64,000 bases of DNA, from positions 2,773,560 through 2,837,559 of the forward strand of contig NC_069004.1 of the NCBI RefSeq assembly GCF_001194135.2, written 5' to 3'. Shown one piece after another: positions 12,573 to 24,300 of this stretch; positions within the stretch are counted from its first letter, which is position 1, and each line of letters opens with the position of its first letter. The translations under genes were made by a program, and so were the position numbers. This stretch comes from Octopus bimaculoides. Taxonomy: Eukaryota. The notes under the pieces were generated by a model that saw only the letters and a program-made list of their open reading frames with translations, ran no database searches and had not been told where the DNA came from.

Positions 12573-15500
12573 CTGCAAAAGAGACAAAAACGACATAAGA
12601 GAGGAAAAACCAGACGAGGACAGAAACAAGACAAGAAATGGAAATGAAAAGCCATGAATAAATAAAATGAGCGGGACATAGATTTGTTTAATCCTGTGCC
12701 AGTGCCACATAGAAAGCACCGATGCTGGTGCCACACGAAGAGCATCAATGCTGGTACCGCGTAAAAGAAGTGAAAGATTGGATGGTCAAAGGGTCAGATA
12801 CTTACAAGTAGACTTTTATTCCAGGCATAAATTCCAAATAGACAAACGGCAGGGCTCCATAGGAGTTTGTTACTCGAGCGAATATCGTTGTGATTACATT
12901 GTAGAGAGGATGTAGATTAGCTTTGATGAATAATGGGCGAATATTCCTTCGTACCTGAAGACAGAGAGAGAAAAAGAGGGAGAGATGTATAATATTGCAG
13001 AGAGACAGAGAGAGAGGGAGGGATTGAAAATAAGGGGGAGAAAGAGAAAGTGAGAGGAGTAGAGAGAAAGAGAGATGTTGCTGTTAGAAAGAAGAAGAGA
13101 TATGAGTGAGAGAGAGAGAGACAAAGAGATGTTATATTAAAGAGAAACAGAGAAAGGAGAAAGGGAGAGACAGGGAGAAGAGACAGAAAGACTGAGAAAA
13201 GAGAGAGAGAAAAAGAGAGATTATAGAAGAAAGAAAGAGAGACAGACAGAGAGGGAGAAGAGATAGAAAAGATACAGAGAAACGAGAGAGAGAGTGTGTG
13301 TGCATGCATGTATGTGTATATGTGTGTGTGTGGAATCTAGGTGTGGAGAGGGGAGTATTCTTGTGTTTTCCCTTGTTTAATCTATAACCCCACCAGCACT
13401 CCCACTCCCACACACACACCTGCTCAAAGAAATCAACAGCAAACTTACCAATCTGGCCGTAATTGTAAACATGGCCCCAGTGGCAAACGTGACATAATAG
13501 CCAGGGTAGAAACCATGCCACAACGCACTCACGGCAAACACGGACATCGTACGCATCCTCGGTACACGGTCGTAGACGGTGTGACGTAACCAAATGGTCG
13601 ATGTTTTGTTCCAGTTGTCAATGATATCCTTCTGACTGCCAGCAGTCTGCAAACAAAGAAATTGGAAGACATTGTAGGNNNNNNNNNNNNNNNNNNNNNN
13701 NNNNNNNNNNNNNNNNNNNNNNNNNNNNNNNNNNNNNNNNNNNNNNNNNNNNNNNNNNNNNNNNNNNNNNNNNNNNNNNNNNNNNNNNNNNNNNNNNNNN
13801 NNNNNNNNNNNNNNNNNNNNNNNNNNNNNNNNNNNNNNNNNNNNNNNNNNNNNNNNNNNNNNNNNNNNNNNNNNNNNNNNNNNNNNNNNTCTCACTGTGC
13901 AGCAAGTGAGCGGATTTGGTAGACGGAAACTGAAAGAAGCCCATCGTATGCACATGTGTGTGTTTGTCCCCCCAACATCGCTTGACAACCGATGCTGGTA
14001 TGTTTACGTCCCCCGTAACTTAGCAGTTCGGCAAAAGAGACCAATAGAATAAGTACTAGGCTAACAAAGAATAAGTCCTGGGGTCAATTTGTTCAACTCT
14101 AAGGAGCCTTTCTTGGGATACAATTTAGAATGTCTGCACTTGAAACAGCAAAAGTGTCCCACATGTAAGAGAGAGAGAGAGGGACGGACAGACAGAGGTG
14201 GGAGAAGAATTAAAAGGATACATACCTCCACTCCATATATATTGACGTTCTCTAACAGGTCCCATTTCGCTTCCCCCTTTTCGTTGAAACCATTGAATCC
14301 TAATCCGGCAGAGTTGTTCACTGCTTCAGCTGTGTTGTGAGGTAAACAGCAGCAACAGCACATGAAATAAAACAATATAACATCATCATCATCATCATCA
14401 TCGTTTAACGTCCGCTTTCCATGCTGGCATGGTTTGGACGGTTTGACTGGGGACTAGTGAGCCAGATGGCTGCACCAGGCTCCAATCTGATAGATAGATA
14501 GATAGATAGATAGATACAGTACGAGTTTAATTTGTTCCATGACCGAGCTCGTCTTACAATTTACACATTTTACAAATCACTTTTTCCCCATTAAAATTAA
14601 CTAAAATATAATTAATCCATTCCAGCCCCCGCAAAATAATTTGTTATGGGTTTTAAAACAGAAAAGGTGTGGTTACAAGTAAAATGATAATTATAAAAAA
14701 GAGAATACAAAAGAAATATGTAAACTGGTTTTATTAACTGAATTACCTTAAAGATGGGACGATTTGTGTGCTTGTACAACAAATTACTCCTACAATGGGG
14801 CACTCATACTGCCATGCCAGGTTCTACTGTATACATATATATATATATATATACATATATATGCATACATAAATTACATAAATATACTAATACATACTTA
14901 CATGTTTATCGTTTACTTGTTTCATTCATCAGACTGCGGCCATGCTGGAGCACTGCCTTGAAATTGTAGTCAAGTGTATCAACCCCAGTACTTACTTTTT
15001 AAAAGACTGGTTCTTAACCTATTGGTCCCTTTTTCTGAACCGCTAAGTTACAGGGACGATATATATGCAAATTATACATACACAGTAATCGCTCGCTATA
15101 TCGCGGTTCACCTATCGCAGTTTATTATTTAAACTTAAGTTGATTCCTCCGTGGNNNNNNNNNNNNNNNNNNNNNNNNNNNNNNNNNNNNNNNNNNNNNN
15201 NNNNNNNNNNNNNNNNNNNNNNNNNNNNNNNNNNNNNNNNNNNNNNNNNNNNNNNNNNNNNNNNNNNNNNNNNNNNNNNNNNNNNNNNNNNNNNNNNNNN
15301 NNNNNNNNNNNNNNNNNNNNNNNNNNNNNNNNNNNNNNNNNNNNNNNNNNNNNNNNNNNNNNNNNNNNNNNNNNNNNNNNNNNNNNNNNNNNNNNNNNNN
15401 NNNNNNNNNNNNNNNNNNNNNNNNNNNNNNNNNNNNNNNNNNNNNNNNNNNNNNNNNNNNNNNNNNNNNNNNNNNNNNNNNNNNNNNNNNNNNNNNNNNN

Positions 15501-18500
15501 NNNNNNNNNNNNNNNNNNNNNGTAAAGAGATATTAAAATAAAAATTAAAAAAACATAAAAAAGCCTTGAAAAGTACAGCTACCCGGCGTTTCCTGGCCTA
15601 AATATTAATTTAGTTCACCATTTGTCAGTGTGTGTGTGTGTGAGAGAGAGAGAGAGTGTGTGTGAGTGTGCGTGTGATCGATCGTATCTGGGAAACAAAA
15701 ACTTTGAAACACCGATGGAATTATTATGCGCGCGCGCGTATGAATAAGGGAGGTAACTACTGAAGTATTTCGTTTTGCATTCGATTTCTTTCAATCGCCT
15801 AAACATGCTCCCCCCCGCCCTCCATTTTGTTATTGTCCACGTGTGTGTGTATACAGTAACCCCTCGCCGTCTCGCGGTTTATTATTTAAAGCTTACGTCG
15901 ATTCCTCCATGGTGTTGTTTTTGCATTTATAATAAAATAAATATATACAAATTATCAAAATAATTTTTAAAAATATACAGTTCAGTACTGTTTCTACTTC
16001 GCCGATTTTCACCTATGCGCGCGGGAGTTTTAAAACGTAACACCAGCGATAGTCAGGGGATTACTGTATGTGTGTGTGTGTCCCTCACCACTCCTTGACA
16101 ACCGGCGTTGGTGTGTTTACATCCTCGTAATTTAGCAATTTGACAAAAAGAGATCGACAGAATAAGCACCTGGCTTAACACAGGTAAGTCCTGGGGGTTG
16201 AGTCATTCGACTAGAAATTCTTCAAGGTGGTGCCCCAGCATGGCCGCAGCCTAATGACTGCAGCCAGTAAAAGTTAAGACAGTGCTGTTTACAGAAAGTA
16301 GGTTCACATCCAACTTACTTAAGACCCAAGCAAAATAGTATTTCTCTCGTACGAACGATACAGTTATCGTCATGTAGAGTAACTTCCACAGGAAACTGGT
16401 GTTTTCCATGAATTCAGGTTCTGAAGGAGAAAGAGAAGAAAAGGATATACGAAAACGGAAAGGTCCTTATATTTTGTGTAAACAAGAAGAGTGTAGCGTA
16501 TTTAGGGTGGTGCATGGTTTAACCCTTTCATTACTGTATTTATTTTGAGATGCTCTGTGTTTCTTTCAATTAATTTTAAATATAACAAAGAATTTAGTAA
16601 AATAACTTAGTTATCATTTAGCTGGTGTTAGGAACATAAATTGTGGTCAGCTTTTGTGAGGGATGTGATGACAGCATTCGACATCAAGCAAACAAGCTAA
16701 TAAGAAGGGATGGAGATTCGGATGTACGTAGAAAAAGTTCGTTAATGTTAACATACCCAGCATTTTCTGTGGTGGGATGATTTTCGGCATTGTGAGCAGA
16801 ATGACAGCACAAACGCAGGCGCCGATAAGCTTCTTCGTAACAGCCACCTACAAACAGGCCAAAAAAAAAAAAAAAAGAACAAAAAAAAGTCAGTTACCAT
16901 TCATCACAGAAGAGGCACTAACGTTTTTAACAATTAAAACTGGACAAATCTGTCCGTTTTGTTTACATAAACAGGGGGGGGGGAGTTATCATGATGAGGG
17001 TTCCAGTTGTGTGGCCTCAAGGAGAAATTTTACAAGCTACAGCAAAGTTGCTTTCAGGGCCCTGGATGGGACAGGGGTGAGACCAACCTCAACCACGTCA
17101 AGAATTCACGAGACTCCACTCCCTTTTTTTTTGTTTGTTTTGTTTTAATATCTCTGTGCGCCTCCTTCGACCCCTTGGTTCGGACGATATACTACCTGAC
17201 GCTCCGACCCAAGTATTCGCGCGTGCATAAGTGTGTGTGTGTGTGTGTATTAAAAGTGTGGCAATTTTTCCTCTCCTAATCTTAGTAATGATAGATTATC
17301 TCCCTTGTTGTAGGGGAGATAATTCAGCTGATATCCCAACCAAAACGCTAACACCAGTGACTTCAACCGGGGATCCGCTGAGCCCTGGGAATACACAAAG
17401 ACAATACTGAGCGTTCATGAGCTACTGAGTGGAAATTTTGTTGAGTAGAAAGACCTTTGTAGAAAAACTGAGATCAGTAACAAAAATTATTTAAGTAAAA
17501 GGAGGGAACGCTTCAATGATTAATTTATTAGTTAATTGGTTACCTAGGTAACTAAGAATAAAAAGAAGTGAAACCAAACCAGTGTGTAGGTGTTTGTGCC
17601 CCTACTGGCATAATGACCCTCCCAAGACATAACAAAAAAACAAAATTATAAAAGAAAATAAAGTTGAAGAGAAACTTACTCTTGGTGATGGCACATTTTC
17701 TAAAGGTTTCTGAACTATTTGGCCATCCTGGAACAGGAAAAAAAAAAAATAATAATAAATGAAATATAAGAAAGGAAGAATTCGTTTTAATCTTTTAAAT
17801 CGTTTAAAGTAAAATAAATAAATATTAGTTAATTCTTTTAAGATATAAAGTTATGTTTCAGAAATAGAATTTAATTTTAGAAAATAATTTTTCTTTTTAA
17901 ATTTCAGTATTTAAAGAATTTCATAGTGGCATTTTGGAATAGCTATATCTACCTCATGAGGAAGGAATTGGGAAGGCAGGGACAAAAATGCAAAAAAAAA
18001 GTTGAAATTCTGAGGAAAAGATATTTCATTATCATCATTCATCATATGATTATCAATGGTTTAACTCTTTAGCCTTTACAGTTCTATATTTAGGGGAGAT
18101 GAGGAATTATGTACATTTAACAGATATTTGTCCTCATCTTGTTTGTTGTTAAGACAACGTTTCGGCTGATATACCCCCCAGCCTTCATCAGGTGTCTTGG
18201 GGAAATTTCAAACCTGGGTTCTCATTCCTAAGGTATTTTTCTATGTTGTTGGTGTTGTTATTATTACTATTATTATTATTGTTATTATTATTCAGGTCAC
18301 TGCCTGGAATCAAACTCGCAATCTTGGGGTTAGTAGCTCGTGTTCTTAACCACTAAGCCATATGCAAATTTGACCGTTTTGTTACTGTATTTATTTTGAG
18401 ATGCTCTATGTTTCTTCTAATTACTTTTGAGTACAACCAAGAATTTAGTAAAATAACTTAGTTATCATTAAGCTAGTGTTAGGAACATAAATTGCGACTA

Positions 18501-21276
18501 AGGTCTGGTAGAATATTTTAATTTAAAACTTATGTAAACAAGACATTTGTACACAGAACCAGAGCCGGGTTGGTAACGAAAGGGTTAAACATTTCGTTCA
18601 GCATGCTAACGATTCTGCCAGCTCACCATTTTTGCATTAATAATAATCCTTTCTGTTATAGTAACAAGGTCAGAAATTTCGGGGTGGGGAAGAGGGCTAG
18701 TTGATTACATCAACCCCAGTACTTGACTGCTACGCTATTTTATCAACCACGAAAGGATGAACGGCAAAGTCAACCTTGGCGGAATTTGAACTCAGAACAT
18801 AAAGACAGACAAAACGCAACTAAGCATTGTGTCCGGTGTGCTGACAGCTCTACCAGATTGCTACCTTATCAAATGGTAATTAATACCAAGAACACATGTA
18901 CTTACAACTTCCCACTCTTGGTACCAGTCACCATTTATAAAATGCATGTAGTCTGCATAGAAGGCAAGAGGACCGATAATGATTCCATGAAAATAAAACA
19001 TGTAACTTGTAAAGTGGAGCAATGATGGCATCGACCTGAAACCAAAAGACAAAGCATTAAAACAATAACACGAGATTAATTAATATATATATTAATTAGG
19101 GTGGTGTATTTGAAGGGTTTGTTGAACGTCGGCTGAAAATGGAAATATTTGGAGTTGTTTTAAGGCAACAGTTATGGTCCTTTATAACATTCAAATCCCA
19201 TCATTGCAACTATTGGTAACACCACAACAATAATTGCTTATGTGACCACCACTGCCACAAAAAAAAAACCACAGTCACCCTACAACTACCACCAACAGCA
19301 TCACAATTACGTTTATAATACATGCTTCTGTGGAATACTTGGCCACTTATACACAACTCCAGTAACAACAGGGCAGGGGTGATAAAAGGACTGCAATACA
19401 AACCACAAGGGCTCAGAGCTCTTAGGGGCCCGCACTCTACATGTTAACTCTACTAAAACACACATTCAAAGGGGCCCAGTAAACAGTTATGGCCAAGGGC
19501 CCTTAATACTCTCGGTCTGCCCCTGCAACAGGGTGTAAAAACAGGTGATGAATGAACACATAAGGAAAGACTTTGATACCATAAACTCTTTCAGTTTCAC
19601 ATTATTTATAGTTGGTGTGGGGTGGGTGTGAGAAAAATCATTAGGACCATTAAGCAGTTGTAAATAACGAACACCAGCACAGCAGCTTGTTAATTAACAT
19701 ATATGTGTGTGTGTATGGATACATTAATAACTGTAATCAAATACAAGTCGGCTGCCAGTTATTAATCTAAAGTCTCATACACACAACAGATCTGCTTAAA
19801 AACTTCTCTAATGTCACACACAGACTGTCTGTCTGCTGGTTTGATTTGTTGAATGTCACATATTACAACAACAACAACAGCAGCAGCAGAAGCAGCAGCA
19901 GTAGCAGCAGCCTGTCTGAATATTTTAGCTGTCATCACATACAGCAGTCCATAATGTAATTACATACCTCTGCCATGAGTTTTGTCTAATATAATACACA
20001 GTAGGCATGGTTATGTGGTTAAGAAGCTCGCTTTGTAACCATGTGATTTCGGGTTCAATCTCACCGACTGTTTCCATTACAGTTCTGGGCCGTGAGTGAA
20101 TTTGAATAATGGAAGTTATGAAGAAGCCTGTTCTGTGTGTGTGTGGCTTAGTGGTTAGGGTGTTGGACTTATGATTGTAAGATTGCGGTTTCAATTCTTG
20201 GACTGAGCAATGCACTGTGTTCTTGAGCAAGGCACTTTATTTTACGATACTCCAGCCCACTCAGGTGGGGGATATATATGCTAGACAGATCAGGAAAAGG
20301 GCCCTTATCAGTCTATATGACTCAGGAAGGACCTTTATCTATCATATATGTGTGTGTGTGTGTGTATACATGAATATGTGTGTGTACATATATGTGTATC
20401 TGTTTGTTCTTGTATTTGTGTTTGTGTCCCACCATCATTTGACAACCAGTGTTGGTTTGTTTACATCCCCATAACTTAGCAGTTGCGGCAAAAGAGACTG
20501 ACAGAATAACTACCAAACTTCTAAAAATGAGCGCTAGCGCTGAACTTGTTTGTCTGAAACCTTTCAAGGTGGTACTCCAGCATGGCCGCAGCACAGTGCC
20601 TGGAACAAGTAAAAAGATGAAAGGATTGCAAAACAAAACACAAATAAAAAAAAATAATAATATAAAACAACACATCACGGGCATTTTCTATGTGGTCACT
20701 ACATCTGCTAGAAATACCAACCAAACCCCCTCAACAAATCACAAACCACCATCTTACAATGTATAATTACTGTACTAACGGAGAACCAAAAATTATAAAA
20801 ATGATGGAGTGGTCATATCTGGAACACCTAGAGCCCAGCAATAACTACAGCAACAAGACGAACAACATGAAGGTCACGAGGTCATGAGATCATATGATTA
20901 AATACTCCATGTCTACGTACCTGACAGCATACTGGCGTTGGCTTTTCGATAAATCTTTGTCGTCGCGATACCTGCCATCGTATAGGTTGAACGCCAGACT
21001 GCTCAACTTTTGGCTGCTGATCATGAGAGGCCTGTCAATCAGAAAATGATAATTAGCGGCTAATTAAAAAATGTGTACGTATGCACGTACAAATATATAT
21101 ATATACACATATACACAGAGATATACAAAGTTTACTCCCAACTACACAGCTCAGGATTCAGTGCCACTGTGAGGCCCCTTGGGCAAGTGGCTTCTATGAT
21201 GGCATTGGGTCGAACAAAGCCTTGTGAGTAGGTTTGGCAGACGGAAACTGAAAGAAGCCCTTTGTGTGTGTGTGTA

Positions 21277-21316
<40 letters not shown>

Positions 21317-24300
21317 AGTGACTGTGTGGTAAGTAGCTTGCTTACCAACCGTATGGTTCCAGGTTCAGTCCCACTGCATGGCACCTTAGGCAAGTGTCTT
21401 CTACTTTAACCTCGGGATAAAAAAAACTCAAAGGCCACTGGTGGGATTTGAACCCACATCTCATGTAGGAATGACAAACGTTACACACTTTGGAAATTTT
21501 GTTTTTACCATCAAGAATTGTAAGAGGTTTATGACATAAGAATTTAGAAACTTTAAGAGAACATGAAACAATTCGTTTTTACCTTCAGAACTTGAAGTGG
21601 ATAAAGCTATAATTAAGAGCGTGTAGACACACACACAGATGGACATACACACATGCACAGAGAACACATGGAGACATACACATGGAGATATCTTGTTGCT
21701 CCGTTACTTACCCAGTTATATCCATTGTATATCCTCCATAATCGTAATACTGCCGGTAGATGTGCATACAGGACAGGTAGCCCATTGCAAACACAAAGAC
21801 AATCTTATGTGCCAGCATCGCTGGCGCCACTAACAGGATAATGTATGTCACGGCAGACTGAGCCACAATGTGCCATACTTGACTGGACGAGGAAAAAAAA
21901 TTGAAAGAGAAAGTAGAAAAAAAAAACAATCGATTAGTGTTGGAATTTTCATGGAAATCATTAATAATGGCAGTAGTTCTCAAATACTACAATAAAAAAG
22001 GGTCTCTAGGTAACCCACCATTTTGCGGGGGGGATGTTTTAAATAAAATTTAAGGAGAGAGATAAAAAGAGAAAAGAAAGGAAAACAGAGGAGAGAGAGA
22101 GAAAAACAAAAGGAAAAGAGAAAGATAGAAAAAAAAAGAGAGACAGACAATAAAAAATGTAAGGAGAGAGAGAGAGAGAGTAAATGTGAAGAAGAAGAAT
22201 TGCAAAGAAATGCTTACTATCCGAAACAGAAGACAGTCAGTGCGACACCAACAAGCACCTCCACCAAATGCCGTACTGTCGTACTGGTCTTCCTCGGTGA
22301 CAACACTCTGCGGAACGGAATACCCAGAAGAAGAGCCACGAGCTGACACACTATAAAATTTATCTGGAAGAAGAAGAAAGAGAAAGAGAAAGAGAGAGAG
22401 ATTGAATAAGACCTGACTGTTGAGATAACAAGGATTACTTGCAGTATTTTCAACTCTTTAGCATTTAAACCAGCCATACCTGGCCAAAATGCAATATTTG
22501 GGCCAAATACAAACTGGCCGATTAGAGTCCCTTACACGTAACCTACAGTGTCTTACTAAAAGTAAACAATCACATCACCGAAATCTTAAAGCTACAACAT
22601 AACATATGACTAATTCAAATCAATGTGAATAAATAAGCACCACCTTTTGAGTGATGGGCCTCATGGAGGCAATGACAAATGAGTGAGACCTTGGGCATTA
22701 TGCTGTGCTTGAGAAGAAGACCCATGAAGCCAGGTGAAATTGTTGAGATGGCTCTGTAGTACAAATGTCTTGTTTTCAAAAAGTTCAGAATTACAATCTT
22801 CCTACAAAACCTTAGTCACAATTTATGTTCCAGTTGTAGTGGAAATGGTACACTCCTCTCATGGGACAAGTGGTAAAAACAAGTCACTAAAAATTGAAAA
22901 GAGGTCACCAGTGCAGGGAGTCGTGTCAGTCATTATACCGAGTTCTCGGTTGGAGTTAAGTGTTAGTTACATCTTACAGTCGAGTTTCGAGTAACAGTCA
23001 AGGAAGATGGTCCAAATTCGGTGTCTTGCAGAGCTATCAGCAATAGCACAATAGACAAAGCGGTGTATTACCATTCCGGTATAGAAGAGATACACCATAT
23101 CCAATACCAAGAAAATATCATGGCTACTAGAGTAGATACAACAGTCACAACATGGCTGCTAATTATAACTGTAGGAAACACCCACATCATAACAGTTCCT
23201 AACACTAGATTAATGAAAATTAAGTTATTTTACTAAATTCTTTCTTATATTTAAAATCAATTGAGAGAAACACAGAACATCTCAACAGAAATATGGTAAC
23301 GAAAGGGTTAATTCAAAATGATGTGAATAAATAAACATTCCATTTAACAGAAGAATCTGAATGCTGAGGGGTTAAAACAATGGTGATGATGATGATGATG
23401 ATAAAGATGAAAAACATTGCATTTAAACAGACGCTTGGTAACAAAAGAAGTATTCAAATTAAAACCTTTTATCCATAAATTTCTGTTATGTTCCAAACAA
23501 CAACAAAATAAAGAAATTGCTTTATTAAACTGTTCGTTATTTTCAGCATTAATTGAAACAAAAGAGAAGCTTATTTCAACAGAAACATAACAACAAAAGT
23601 GTTGAAAGAGCGTGGCTGTGTGGTAAGAAGCTTACTTCCCAACCACATGAAACCGGGTTCAGTCCCACTGCGTGGCACCTTGGACCAGTGTCTCCTACTA
23701 TAGCCTGGGGCCGACCAAATCCTTGTGAGTGGATTTGGTAGATAGAAACTGAATGAAGCCTGTTGTGTGTGTGTGTACCCCACCAATTCTTGACAAGCGT
23801 TGGTACATTTACATCCCCATAACTTGGCAGTTTGGCAAAAGAAATTGATAGAATAGGTACAGGGCTTTACAAAAAAATAATAAGTACCGGGGTCAATTCA
23901 TTTGACTAAAAGCCTCCAAGATTGTGCCCCAGCATGGCCACAGTCAAATGACTGAAACAAGCAAAAGATAGATAAATAGATGGACAGACGGACGGATATA
24001 CATATAAATGGGCTGGGTTTCTCCCCACTCCCTCATCCTCTCTGGTGATTTTTGTGATACAGGCCATCAAAATCTACCTCTGAAGTGCTAGAGTCACATG
24101 TTGAGCACTCTGTTCCACTAAACCCCACCCCACCCCATCATAAGCCTCAGAATCAAAGCCAAGTGAAGTCATTCCTACATCAAGACCATGTCTATCAAGC
24201 TATTTATTTATCACTCTAACCACTCCTCCTTGTGTGCATGCCTTCTGCCTGTCTGTCTGTCTATGTATCCATCTATCATATCTACTTACCTCCACATCCT

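Noticed and set aside
16647-16756. ORF continuation after MBOAT exon 7 (MLTLTNFFYV...)
   Set aside because: Lies beyond a GTATGT donor; the family sequence continues in the 16319-16420 exon, so this is intron.
21428-21470. tRNA-like T-arm and acceptor fragment on the minus strand (GTGGGTTCAAATCCCACCAGTGGC)
   Set aside because: No D-arm, 5' acceptor strand or well-paired anticodon stem; a fragment, not a tRNA gene.
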